From the NCBI GenBank assembly GCA_029261065.1, contig JAJDCB010000030.1:132876-196875 (forward strand): DNA of 64,000 nt, written 5' to 3'. A program made the position numbers and the translations under genes. Below, in pieces: positions 47,899 to 57,892 of the stretch. This DNA is from Candidatus Omnitrophota bacterium (GTDB lineage: Bacteria > Omnitrophota > Gorgyraeia > Zapsychrales > Zapsychraceae). Every line of letters begins with the position of its first letter. The stretch's first letter is position 1. A model generated the notes under the pieces. That model was not told the DNA's origin. It ran no database searches and worked only from the letters and a program-made list of their open reading frames with translations.

Positions 47899-49125
47899 AT
47901 GAATAAGAAAATGATGTTGATATGCCTTATGTGTGCTTTTGTAGGCTGTTTCTTTAATACGAATTATATTCATGCCGCTGATGATCCTTACTTAAATGAT
48001 TTAAGGATAAGAGATCAATATAAAGAAAACATTCATAATCTTTTTGTGCAGGGAGATTTTAATCAGCTCGAACAAATTATGAAGCAAGCCAAAGAACTCA
48101 ATGACAGGTTTGCATCCGGTAGTTTTAAGCTTGATTATTTTTATAGAGGGATCGCATTGAATATTGACGATTTTTATATTGAAGATTTTGATGAACCTAT
48201 TGCTTTGTTAAAAGAATGGATTGAGGAATTCCCAAACTCTGTGACTCCGAAAATTGCGTTGAGTCATATGTATAGGAATCTTGCCTGGAAGCATCGAGGT
48301 TCAACTGTCTCAGCGGATGTCACGGAGAGTGGGTATGATAATTTTAATACTATTTTAGGACAATCAGAAGATCTGCTTAAGGAAGCTCAAAAATTAGATG
48401 ACAAAGATCCAGCTCTTTACGTTGTTTGGATAGGAGTCAATACAGGCTTGGGTGGTTTAAATGCTAAGGACAATGTCTATGACTTAGTTAAAAAGACGAT
48501 GGCAATCGATTCACAATATTACATGTCCTATATTTATGCGTCCACGACACTGTTGCCTCGTTGGCATGGTGATAAAGGGGAGGTAGAAACCTTTGCAGCC
48601 TCCATTGCGGATCAAACCAGTGATGAGATGTATATGCGTATAGCGGTTGCTGTTAGAGAATATACGGGCGAAGATGGTTTTTTAAAATTTAATTTTGATT
48701 GGAAGCGAGTTCATAACGGGTTTAAGGAAGTGCATTCGCAGTATAAAAGTTTGTATTACTTAAACAATTATGCCTGGTATTCCGCTTACGAGAAAGATCA
48801 AGATTTAGCAAAGAGTTTGTTTGCCGTGATTGGCGATAAATGGGACAGCGATGCCCAAAAGTTATGGAAAAGTAAAAAACGATTTGCTGCCTATAAACAC
48901 TGGGCCTCAACAGGTCAAGATTATCCAAAGAAAGAGGTTACGACCAAGAACGGCAAGTACGAAGGTATTTATGAAACGTATGACGATAAAACAAAAAAAA
49001 CAACCATGTGGTTGTATGAAGATGGCAAGTTAAATGGAAATACAAAAGCCTATAATGAAGATGGTTCGATTTATGGATCTTGGATGTATAAAGATGGAGT
49101 ATATGTGGGGCAAGGGCCGTACTAA
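47899..49125 (+). CDS. Hypothetical secreted protein with C-terminal MORN-like repeats. It is a paralogue of 61750..62781.
   Basis: Signal peptide. 'FASGSFKLDYFYRGI' aligns with 'FPSGSWKLDYYYRGL' in the paralogue. The C-terminus 'KNGKYEGIYETYDDKTKKTTMWLYEDGKLNGNTKAYNEDGS' is MORN-like. Confidence 0.55.
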   Translation: MNKKMMLICLMCAFVGCFFNTNYIHAADDPYLNDLRIRDQYKENIHNLFVQGDFNQLEQIMKQAKELNDRFASGSFKLDYFYRGIALNIDDFYIEDFDEPIALLKEWIEEFPNSVTPKIALSHMYRNLAWKHRGSTVSADVTESGYDNFNTILGQSEDLLKEAQKLDDKDPALYVVWIGVNTGLGGLNAKDNVYDLVKKTMAIDSQYYMSYIYASTTLLPRWHGDKGEVETFAASIADQTSDEMYMRIAVAVREYTGEDGFLKFNFDWKRVHNGFKEVHSQYKSLYYLNNYAWYSAYEKDQDLAKSLFAVIGDKWDSDAQKLWKSKKRFAAYKHWASTGQDYPKKEVTTKNGKYEGIYETYDDKTKKTTMWLYEDGKLNGNTKAYNEDGSIYGSWMYKDGVYVGQGPY

Positions 49126-49145
49126 GAAAGTAATATTATTTTATT

Positions 49146-52100
49146 ATGAATAAAAATTTTTTATTAACTGTAATCATGTTTATTGGCATCACGTGTTTGT
49201 TGCAACCTGATTTATGCGCGCAGGATGCTCAACAGAAGATTGCGGTTATTAACATTCCACAATCTGATGTCACAACCATGACTGTCGGTCCGTTGGTCGC
49301 GAAGCGGGGGGATCAGGCTTGGTTGAGTAAGGCGATTGCGGATCTTTTGATTAAGAATTTATCTGAGGTGCAGTCTCTTGTGATTCTTGAGCGTGAGCGG
49401 ATGCAGGCCTTTTCGGATGAGGTGGGGTTAACGGATTCGGCGTTATTCAATCAAGAAAAAGCGTTGCGGGTTGGACGTGTGGCCCGTGTGGATCAGGTTG
49501 TTTATGGGAGTTATGAGTTAAAGGGTGGCATAATTACGGTATCCATTTTTTTGATGGATTTGGAAACTCAAAATATTGTACTGACAGATCAGATTTCAGG
49601 TTCTTATGATCAACTGCGTTCTTTGATGAAACAATTGGTATTTCGGTTTCTTCAAGAGAAGCAGGTGGTGTTAAGTGAGGTGGAGAAGAAAAATATTCAG
49701 TTTCAAGTGACGGATTCCATTACAGCCACGGAGTATTTTTATCGCGGAGTTGACTCTTATGATCAAGGACAATACCCCGAAGCCTTTGGAAAATTCCTAA
49801 AAGCTTCTCATCAAGATTCAAGTTATGTTGAAGCATTACTTTGGGTAGGACGAATGTTTGAGGCGCAAGGATTTTATAATCATGCAGTGATTGCGTATCA
49901 AAAACTCTATGATTCTTATCCGCAAAGTGTTGAAGGGCGTGATGCGTTATTGTTCGCGGGGAAGGTCTTGGAATTTAAGCTGGAAGATTTTAAACGCGCG
50001 GTGGATACCTACCGTAGTCTAACAGCCATCAAACCCGTTAATCCCCACAGTTTGTATGCATCATTTCGATTAGGCCATGTGTTACAAAAGCAGGGAGATG
50101 CATTAGAAGCCTATCATCATTTTCAAAAGATTGATGATTTTCGTGAGAGCTGGAATAAAGGTTCTGCCCGTATTTTAAAGAATAATCAACGCACATCACG
50201 TTTTGTCAGTTGGCGAGAAGTGTTAGCTCTTTATAAAGAATCTATTGTGTCTATGATTTCCGTTTACAAAAATCTTTTGAATCAAAATCAACTTGAAAAT
50301 ATTCCAAAACCACCTCGAGGTGTGATCGTTTTAGATGCGGATAATCCAGTATTTGAAGAAAACGTTTTTGATCACACGCCTTCTTTATTTCCTAATGAAC
50401 AGGACCGTGCAACTTGGAGGGAAAGAATTTATGTTGTGATTGTTCCAAAAGGGAGGAGAGCCGTGGGAGTTGACTTTAGTATTACAGGCCAAATTCAGGC
50501 GATGAACCCAGGTTATGATTATACAATGCGTATTCTTCCCTTTCCATTACCAAGAGATTTTGATCGTTATTGGTATGGTGTCATCTTTGGTCAAACAAGA
50601 GAGAAAACAACATTGCGAAAATCTGTTTCGTTTTTTGGGGATCAATTGGATGTGTTTGCCATTCAATTGATAGAAAATCCGTCCAAGATTTTTGATTGGA
50701 GGTTAAAAGCCAAATTAATTAATGAGAGTGATGTCGATGATGATACAGAGGTTGTCGAAGTTGTAGAAAAAGAGGAGTTCTGGGAAGGCAAGCCGTTGGC
50801 GCAAATTCCTTTGCAAGGAAATAAATTGGCAGGAGCCACCCGTTTGTTGCAACAGGCGTGGTATCAGTCGAAGAAGGAATTGGATATCTTGTATGATCCA
50901 GCAAGTGGTTATCATTTGGTTGTGACGCAAGGTGAGATTGATGGGGAACAAATAGATTTGTGGTATGCACATAGTCAAGACGGAGTGGTGTGGTCGGATT
51001 TAGAGAGACTTGATATTAATTCTTCGAGTGAAGAATTTAATCCTCGCCTATTACGCGCAGAGGATGGGCGTATTCATTTGGCATGGAATTCAAACAGACA
51101 AGGAAATGGGTGGGAGTTGTGGATGAGTTCATTGAACGATAATAAAACGTGGGCAAGTCCTCATCGCATTGCATTAGAAAAGATTGCGGAGTCTGGTATG
51201 GAGAAAAGAAGATCGAGCATGATGTATGATCTTCTAGATTATGATCTCCTTCAAGATATCCGTGGTCAATGGATTTTGGCTTATTATTCGTATGATGCGC
51301 ATGCCATGGTGTTGTTAAAATCTTTAGATACCAAAGATTGGAGTCATCTAGCTAGCGTGCCTACAAAAGGAGCTTATGGAGCTTCGCTTACTCAGGATAG
51401 TTCTGGCGTTTACCGTTTAGGTTTTGTTGGTCATGGCGGAAAAATTTATCTTTTAAGTTCCAATGATGCCATTGATTGGCATACGCGTCCGATTAAAATT
51501 AGTTTTTGGAATCAGTCATTTTCTCCTACCCCTACCATTCATCGCATGCGTTTGTTTCCTTTGGAAATAGGAAATCTGTTGATGTTAATTTCCGATAATC
51601 AATACGGTTTGCAATTTGCTCGTTTTCAAGCAGACACCGAAGACCCTGTTTTAGACTTAGTTAGTCGTGTTGGTCTTCAACCTTATGGCGTAGCACGCAT
51701 GGGTCCTAACAATTATTTAGTTGCCATAAAAGAAGATGAAGAAATCATTTTGAAACAATACAAAAAGTTTAATGTTAGTGGGAAGGAAATTAAAAAAGAT
51801 ACGCGCAATTGGCCAATCTATGAGGAGACAGAAAAAGATGCAGAAGGTCATGTTTGGACACGTACGTTTGCCCAAGAGCGACGCCGTGTATCAGATGTGA
51901 CCGCATTGGGTCTTGAAGCAAACGGTCGTTTGTGGTGGGGGATTGAGACGGGGGTTATGTATAAACATGGCCAACACTTTTATGCGACGGATGTTTCTTT
52001 AGGGTTCTTTTATCATTTCGTCACCGATATTACGAGTTGTTCGGATGAACGTGTTTGGTTTTCCTCACATTTTTTAAATAAACCAGAATTAGGTGTTATT

Positions 52101-52787
52101 CAACAAAGACACATTAAACCAAACGGGCGGCCTCGTATTGCAACGGTGATGGTTCCAGAAGTGCGTGGTGCTATTACGGATGTCACGTGTGGCCTAAATG
52201 AAGATCATCTTTATGTAGGGACATCTAAAGGAAACATCGTTGGATTTAATGGCAAAGATATTTTTTGGAATGAGATTTTAGAGCTTGATGATTATGTCAC
52301 GGCGTTAGACTATAACAAAAAGACGAGGGACCTTTGGGTGGGGACAAAATCAAACGGCGTTTATCAATATCATAATGGAAAGCTTAAACAACATTTTTAT
52401 TTAAGATATGGTTTGCCTTCAAACGAAGTCGCTGACCTTGTTGTTGATCAACAAGGAACGGTGTGGGTCGCTCTTTATGGAAATGGTCTTATGCAATATA
52501 AAAAGGGTGAGTGGTATCAATTTACACCGAACAATTCGCATGTGTTGTATTGGTCTATGAATCATTTGGCAGCTGATAGTAAAAAAGGGATTTGGTATTT
52601 GCCACACGATGATGTTAGGTCAAAAGGTTTAGGTTTTTTTGATGGGGCCAAATTTGAGACATATAACCCACCGCATCATATTTTACCAAGCCCGAGTTCC
52701 TTAGTTGTCTCCCCAAAAGGAACGGTGTGGGTTGGAACGTGGTTTGAAGGAGTTTATCAATTAGAAAGGAAAGCAGGCACGCGATGA
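49146..52787 (+). CDS. Large (1213 aa) secreted protein: CsgG-like module, TPR, BNR/Asp-box-like propeller and C-terminal Reg_prop-like beta-propeller repeats
   Basis: Signal peptide. 'QKIAVINIPQSD...LVILERERMQAFSDEVGL'. TPR 'YFYRGVDSYDQGQYPEAFGKFLKA'. Asp-box-like 'SQDGVVWS', 'NDNKTWAS', 'SNDAIDWHT'. Propeller repeats 'TRDLWVGTKSNGVYQYHNGKLKQHF...GTVWVALYGNGLMQYKKGEWYQF'. Confidence 0.7.
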   Translation: MNKNFLLTVIMFIGITCLLQPDLCAQDAQQKIAVINIPQSDVTTMTVGPLVAKRGDQAWLSKAIADLLIKNLSEVQSLVILERERMQAFSDEVGLTDSALFNQEKALRVGRVARVDQVVYGSYELKGGIITVSIFLMDLETQNIVLTDQISGSYDQLRSLMKQLVFRFLQEKQVVLSEVEKKNIQFQVTDSITATEYFYRGVDSYDQGQYPEAFGKFLKASHQDSSYVEALLWVGRMFEAQGFYNHAVIAYQKLYDSYPQSVEGRDALLFAGKVLEFKLEDFKRAVDTYRSLTAIKPVNPHSLYASFRLGHVLQKQGDALEAYHHFQKIDDFRESWNKGSARILKNNQRTSRFVSWREVLALYKESIVSMISVYKNLLNQNQLENIPKPPRGVIVLDADNPVFEENVFDHTPSLFPNEQDRATWRERIYVVIVPKGRRAVGVDFSITGQIQAMNPGYDYTMRILPFPLPRDFDRYWYGVIFGQTREKTTLRKSVSFFGDQLDVFAIQLIENPSKIFDWRLKAKLINESDVDDDTEVVEVVEKEEFWEGKPLAQIPLQGNKLAGATRLLQQAWYQSKKELDILYDPASGYHLVVTQGEIDGEQIDLWYAHSQDGVVWSDLERLDINSSSEEFNPRLLRAEDGRIHLAWNSNRQGNGWELWMSSLNDNKTWASPHRIALEKIAESGMEKRRSSMMYDLLDYDLLQDIRGQWILAYYSYDAHAMVLLKSLDTKDWSHLASVPTKGAYGASLTQDSSGVYRLGFVGHGGKIYLLSSNDAIDWHTRPIKISFWNQSFSPTPTIHRMRLFPLEIGNLLMLISDNQYGLQFARFQADTEDPVLDLVSRVGLQPYGVARMGPNNYLVAIKEDEEIILKQYKKFNVSGKEIKKDTRNWPIYEETEKDAEGHVWTRTFAQERRRVSDVTALGLEANGRLWWGIETGVMYKHGQHFYATDVSLGFFYHFVTDITSCSDERVWFSSHFLNKPELGVIQQRHIKPNGRPRIATVMVPEVRGAITDVTCGLNEDHLYVGTSKGNIVGFNGKDIFWNEILELDDYVTALDYNKKTRDLWVGTKSNGVYQYHNGKLKQHFYLRYGLPSNEVADLVVDQQGTVWVALYGNGLMQYKKGEWYQFTPNNSHVLYWSMNHLAADSKKGIWYLPHDDVRSKGLGFFDGAKFETYNPPHHILPSPSSLVVSPKGTVWVGTWFEGVYQLERKAGTR

Positions 52788-53602
52788 GAAAGTTTATTTT
52801 TATGATAGGCGTGTTGGCGTTGTTGATACCAACACAAGGTTTAGCGGATAGTAAAGAGAAGCCCGTGATTGTGATTATTCCTTTTGAGAATGCGACAGGA
52901 AAAGAGGCGTATGAATCTCTATCGACAGGCCTGCCTGATTTGTTAACTGCTTTTCTTTCTCCCTATGATGAGAGGGTAACGATCATTGATCGAGGTTTAT
53001 TAGAATCGGTCTTCTCAGAGAAAAGTTTATCATGGGAAGGTTTTACCAGCGAGAAATCTTGGACGCAGTTAGGTCAGTTATCTCAAGCCGATTATATTTT
53101 ACGGGGAAGCGTGTTATTTTCAGATAATAAATTTACGATTAATGCATCACTTTATGAGCTCGAGTCCACACAGTTGTTAAAAGCATTTGAAAGTTATGGG
53201 AGCTCAAAAAATTTATCTCATCTTGTTCAAAAGATAACAGTACAATTAGCCGAATATTTAAAAACAGATATCAAATTAATTGAGGATCTCCCCATCGATG
53301 ATAACCCTGAGAAAAGTTTTAATTTTATATCAGGAGTTGGATATTATTACAACGGTCAGTTTGAGTTGGCGTTAACATATTTTATGAAAGTTTTGGAATC
53401 GCATCCTGATGATGAATTAGCACAATATTGGTTGGCTAAAACTTTTCAAGAGGCAGGGATGGTGGATCATGCGCAATTGGAGTTTAGGGTGTTTTTAAAG
53501 AAACATCCTAAGAGTGAAAAATTTTCAGAGGTTAAAGGTTATCTCATTATCCCAAAAGAAGAAAAGGAGAAGGGGCATGAAGAAGTTAAAGTTACCGATT
53601 AA
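52784..53602 (+). CDS. Secreted CsgG/LpoB-like module fused to a TPR domain
   Basis: Signal peptide. 'KPVIVIIPFENATGKEAYESLSTGLPDLLTAFLSPYDERVTIIDRGLLESVFSEKSL'. The C-terminal TPR 'YYYNGQFELALTYFMKVLESHPDDELAQYWLAKTFQEAG'. Confidence 0.6.
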   Translation: MRKFIFMIGVLALLIPTQGLADSKEKPVIVIIPFENATGKEAYESLSTGLPDLLTAFLSPYDERVTIIDRGLLESVFSEKSLSWEGFTSEKSWTQLGQLSQADYILRGSVLFSDNKFTINASLYELESTQLLKAFESYGSSKNLSHLVQKITVQLAEYLKTDIKLIEDLPIDDNPEKSFNFISGVGYYYNGQFELALTYFMKVLESHPDDELAQYWLAKTFQEAGMVDHAQLEFRVFLKKHPKSEKFSEVKGYLIIPKEEKEKGHEEVKVTD

Positions 53603-54236
53603 TTTTGCTTTGCTGGGCTTATTTACAGGAGAAATTTTGATTCTTGGAGCTCTTATATTTGTATCGATATTTGTTAATCCTACTGAAGCATCCTGGCCTC
53701 CTCAAAAGGGAGAAGTTTTTCCTAATGTTGAATTTATTGATCAAAAGGGGAATAAAACATTTATGTCGGAGTTTAAAGGAGATGTTGTGTTGGTCGAGTA
53801 TGTTGGTATGAATTGTCCAGCTTGCCAGGCTTTTTCTGGTGGTAATGATCCAGCCATTGGTCCTTATCAGAATAATGCTTTGCAAAAAGGTCTGCCATCC
53901 ATTGAAAAATTACTTCCTAAGTATTCTGGAGGTGTTGGCCTTTCTGATAAAAGAATTACGTATGTGGCGATACTGCTCTATGACATGTCATTAAAGGATA
54001 CGAATTCTGATGAAGCGGCTCAGTGGGCGAAGCATTTTCGATTTAATCGGGAGGAAAAGGAAGTTGTTCTTGTTCCGGTTAAAGATTTACGCGGCAATGC
54101 CAGTTTTAACTTAATCCCGGGATTTTGTGTGTTAGATAAAAATTTAGTTGTCCGCTCAGAGAGCGCCGGACATCACCCAAAAGAAAATCTTTATACCGAG
54201 ACGTTACCAATGGTGGGGAGGCTGATCAATGAATAG
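53574..54236 (+). CDS. Secreted thiol-disulfide oxidoreductase (redoxin/TlpA-like thioredoxin fold, CPAC motif)
   Basis: 'GEVFPNVEFIDQKGNKTFMSEFKGDVVLVEYVGMNCPACQAF'. The start was set at the ATG with RBS aaggag, overlapping the upstream gene by 29 nt. Confidence 0.6.
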   Translation, partial: GMKKLKLPINFALLGLFTGEILILGALIFVSIFVNPTEASWPPQKGEVFPNVEFIDQKGNKTFMSEFKGDVVLVEYVGMNCPACQAFSGGNDPAIGPYQNNALQKGLPSIEKLLPKYSGGVGLSDKRITYVAILLYDMSLKDTNSDEAAQWAKHFRFNREEKEVVLVPVKDLRGNASFNLIPGFCVLDKNLVVRSESAGHHPKENLYTETLPMVGRLINE

Positions 54237-54771
54237 AGTTGTCGTCACAAGTTTTATTTTAATCATTTCGTCATTTGTTGTTTCTTTTAGCAACGCTTGG
54301 GCGTTAAGCGTAGAAGAAGCGTACAGGGCCATTCCTCATCAAAGAACTCTTTTTAATGAAGATAAAGCTAAGATGTCTTTGACAGAGAAAGAATTCTTAG
54401 ATGAATTTTTTGCCCTAACAGACTTAGCTGTTATCCAACGTGTTGAATTGCTTTTATGGACCACAACCCATGGCAAGAAGGGAAAAAATTCAAAGAATTA
54501 CGATAATATCCTCTCGCAATTAGAAGATTTAAATGAGCCAACGAATTTGAGGGAAGTGCATCAATTAATTATTGGCGCCATCAAAGATCAGCAATCTTTT
54601 TATCAAGAGTGGGATAAACAATATAAAAGTCTCCCGTCACACCCAAAAGTTCGTAGCGCTAGTCAGAAATTACGACAAGCCTACAGTATTCTCATGCGAC
54701 TTTATCCACAGGAAGGCCCGCATAATAAGGCTGCCTTATTTGATCATTTGTGTGCGTTGGATTTTTTGTAG
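54229..54771 (+). CDS. Hypothetical secreted protein
   Basis: Signal peptide 'VVVTSFILIISSFVVSFSNAWA', 180 aa. Confidence 0.45.
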   Translation: MNRVVVTSFILIISSFVVSFSNAWALSVEEAYRAIPHQRTLFNEDKAKMSLTEKEFLDEFFALTDLAVIQRVELLLWTTTHGKKGKNSKNYDNILSQLEDLNEPTNLREVHQLIIGAIKDQQSFYQEWDKQYKSLPSHPKVRSASQKLRQAYSILMRLYPQEGPHNKAALFDHLCALDFL

Positions 54772-54799
54772 GACAATATTATAAAAATCGAAAATAATT

Positions 54800-57700
54800 A
54801 TGTTAATGAAGTATTTTAAATTCAAAATTCCATTCTTTGTTGTGTGTGCCTTATTTTGCATGCAGAACGTATGGATTGCAAACTCAGAAGCGAATTTAGA
54901 TAAGGTCAGAACTGTTGCGATAGTTCCAGGGGTTCTGGATAAAGCTCCTTCCGAGTTGTTATTAGTTAAGATGGAGGAGGCTTTATCGCATTTAGATCAA
55001 GTGCGTTTATTAGAGAGGGCGCAGGTTTATAAGGTTTTAGATGAGCGAGAGCTTAGATTGTCCGGACTTGTCGATGATAATCGGGCGTTGGGTGGGTGGT
55101 TATCGGCGAGTTTGATGGTATTTGTTGAGAAGCTGCCGGATGCCCAAGATGCGGTGATTCGTATCCGTGTCGTTGAAAGTGAGACAGGAATTATTATGAG
55201 TTCGGCATTACACTTAGCTAGCGCGTTAACGCAGGATATTAATGTTGTCATAGAACTGCTACAAAAGGCGATTGATAAAAATAATGTGCCTTTAGAAGAT
55301 AGGGTGTATGTAAGTGTATTAGGGTTTGAGAGTGAAGAGTTAGGAACATCATTAGATGGTCTTGCGCGTGCTTTGACGTTATTTGTAACACATGATTTAG
55401 CGAGTTTGGATAAGGTTATTGTTCTTGAACGGGAGCAGGTAGCACATCTTAATAGTGAACAAGAGTGGATGGGGTTAAATTTGAGGTTAAAGGGTTCGGG
55501 TGTTTTGATAGAGGGGGGTTTAAGTTATTCAGTGGGAAAGAAGGAAGAGGTAAATGTGGATGTCGTACTAAGGCCCACTGGTGGCGGGGACAGGCAACAA
55601 ATGTCTTTAGTGATGAAGCCAAAAGATGTTTCTTTGTTGCGCCAAGGGCTTCTTGACTTTGTTCGTCAGAAATTAGATATACAGTCTTCAAAAGATTTTA
55701 CTGCTAATCCGAAGCAAGAAGGGGCGATGTTTTTATCCCAGATTCCATTTTTGATGTCAATCGGTGACTATGAAACAGCTGTTCAAAATGCAGAGGTGGC
55801 TTATGCGTTATTAGGGAATCAAGAGTCAAGGTATTGGGCTGCGCGAGCCTGGTATCTTTTGGGAAGAACGTTTGCTAAAGATTTTAAAACGACATTGTGG
55901 CACCCTGGTTGGTCTAATGTTGGGTATTCTATAAGTGTCGCCCATATTAAAAGAGAAGATTTTTATGTTAATATCACGAGAGACAGTAGTATATCAAGAT
56001 CTGGTTATTCCTCTGCAAATCCGAATCGAGGTTATGATTTACCAAATGACGATAAGGTTCGCGCCTTGTTAGCTATCAGTCGGTGTTATAACTTTATCCA
56101 TCAGATGCTTCGTGTGCATATAGATCAATTTGCACAAGGCCAGGTAACGGAGATTGAGTTTCCAGATCCTCTCAAATCTAAAATACTACCAACATTGCCT
56201 GTTTATGGAAGGGATGATCGTAAGTTGACATATGAGGTATTGGGCGAATCAGATAGTTTTATGAAATATTACGAACAGATTATTGATATGGAATTAGAGC
56301 AGCATAAAATGTTGAGCACCTTTTACGGTAAACATTACGATCATTCAAAGAAAGCAAAATATTTGTATTGGACATCTTGGATGCGAAGAAAAAATACACT
56401 TAACCGTTATTATGGAAGTAGTGATGAGTATCTTATGGCGTATATGGTCGATGCTGTTAAAAGTTTTATATTGCTTCCTAAGGATGATGATATAAAGTTT
56501 GATGCCTTAAGAAAAATGATCAAACCTCATGGTCGTATTTTAGATAAGCAGAAGAAACTTTATGGGGATTTGCTTCATCATAAAAGCCCTGATGCCCGTA
56601 AAATGGGGAAAATAATGTTTAAGTTGCTTGAGCGCAAAGAAGAATCTCGGGGGACTTGGTCTCAGGGAAAAACGCAGCGTAGTGGTGCAAAGAAAACAAC
56701 AGCTGCTTCTGTTTCAAAGAACAATAAAAGCTTTGGCAAATACAAAATTGATAGTTTTGGTCCTATTGGAAAGCAGGTCTCAATGGAGTCGCTCTATATT
56801 AACTGGAGCAATTCTCTTTTTGGTGAGGGAAAGCCCATCATGAATAATATTTGTATGGATGGAACAGCCCTTTATTATTTTGAAACATTTAAAGTTTCTA
56901 AAACGTCATTCAAAGTTGTTGCCCATAAACATGATTTTTCAAAAAGTAATGATTATCAAAAATTAGGTGAGGCCATTATTAATGTGCGTAAAACAGATCC
57001 AAAAATGATAACGGCATGTGCGGTGGGTAAGGATTATGTTTATGTTGGGACACCTGGGGGATTAATTGTAGTCCCAAAGGTTCCTGATGAAAAATTAAAT
57101 GTTGTTAAAGTTTTTACGGAAGATAATGGGCTTGCTGATAACAGAATTCTATCGTTAGCTTATCATGGCGAAAAAGTTTATATAGGTGTTGGGCCAACGT
57201 TTGCCAATGAATATGGGTGGGTAGGAAAGTCAGGTCTTGTTGAATTCGATCCAAATAATGCTCGATATAAATTAATCGCAACAAACGGCGCGTTTGAAAA
57301 TGTGGATGGACTTAACGGCGGAGGAAATTATCAAATCTCTGCCATATTAACAGATAAGAAGCGCAATTGTCTTTGGTTAGCTGTTACGGCCAATCAAGAT
57401 CGAAGTGGTATTTGGCGTTATGATTTAAACACAAAGGAGATTAGTCTTGTTGCTAAAGAACATTCAGGTATCAAAGCAATGGCGTGGAGCAGAGCGGATA
57501 TTATTTATCCTTTGTATAACGTAGGGTTAGTTCATTTTGATCCAGACACAAAGAAGAAAACATGGCTTGCCTCAAATGTTAATGCTGAATGGCATAAAGC
57601 TTATAATCAAAAAACTCCTCTTGGAGTAACAGGTGAGCCAACATTTGGATTTCATACAGCACGCTTATGGCCCATGGCCTATGATCAAGATTATGTTTTT

Positions 57701-57892
57701 GCCGTAACTCAAAGGGGGAGTATTTTTGAATTATATAGCAAAAAAAATCTTAAAACCAACTCCAATGGCATTAGCCAAAACGCCGTACCCAGACCAAATT
57801 TTCTAACAAACATTAGCCATGTGATTCATAATCCGTTTGGAGTTTGGGTGGTTAATGATAATGCTCAAGTTTATTTGTTGAGGAGGAAATAA
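54800..57892 (+). CDS. Large (1030 aa) secreted protein, a paralogue of the 1367-aa protein, with two CsgG-like modules, a TPR/helical region and a C-terminal beta-propeller
   Basis: Signal peptide. 'VRTVAIVPGVLDKAPSELLLVKMEEALSHLDQVRLLERAQVYKVLDEREL'. 'VYVSVLGFESEELGTSLDGLARALTLFVTHDLASLDKVIVLEREQVAHL'. The C-terminal region 'ILSLAYHGEKVYIGVGP...GKSGLVEFD...CLWLAVTANQDRSGIWRYDLNTKE' is colinear with the 1367-aa protein. Confidence 0.7.
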   Translation: MLMKYFKFKIPFFVVCALFCMQNVWIANSEANLDKVRTVAIVPGVLDKAPSELLLVKMEEALSHLDQVRLLERAQVYKVLDERELRLSGLVDDNRALGGWLSASLMVFVEKLPDAQDAVIRIRVVESETGIIMSSALHLASALTQDINVVIELLQKAIDKNNVPLEDRVYVSVLGFESEELGTSLDGLARALTLFVTHDLASLDKVIVLEREQVAHLNSEQEWMGLNLRLKGSGVLIEGGLSYSVGKKEEVNVDVVLRPTGGGDRQQMSLVMKPKDVSLLRQGLLDFVRQKLDIQSSKDFTANPKQEGAMFLSQIPFLMSIGDYETAVQNAEVAYALLGNQESRYWAARAWYLLGRTFAKDFKTTLWHPGWSNVGYSISVAHIKREDFYVNITRDSSISRSGYSSANPNRGYDLPNDDKVRALLAISRCYNFIHQMLRVHIDQFAQGQVTEIEFPDPLKSKILPTLPVYGRDDRKLTYEVLGESDSFMKYYEQIIDMELEQHKMLSTFYGKHYDHSKKAKYLYWTSWMRRKNTLNRYYGSSDEYLMAYMVDAVKSFILLPKDDDIKFDALRKMIKPHGRILDKQKKLYGDLLHHKSPDARKMGKIMFKLLERKEESRGTWSQGKTQRSGAKKTTAASVSKNNKSFGKYKIDSFGPIGKQVSMESLYINWSNSLFGEGKPIMNNICMDGTALYYFETFKVSKTSFKVVAHKHDFSKSNDYQKLGEAIINVRKTDPKMITACAVGKDYVYVGTPGGLIVVPKVPDEKLNVVKVFTEDNGLADNRILSLAYHGEKVYIGVGPTFANEYGWVGKSGLVEFDPNNARYKLIATNGAFENVDGLNGGGNYQISAILTDKKRNCLWLAVTANQDRSGIWRYDLNTKEISLVAKEHSGIKAMAWSRADIIYPLYNVGLVHFDPDTKKKTWLASNVNAEWHKAYNQKTPLGVTGEPTFGFHTARLWPMAYDQDYVFAVTQRGSIFELYSKKNLKTNSNGISQNAVPRPNFLTNISHVIHNPFGVWVVNDNAQVYLLRRK

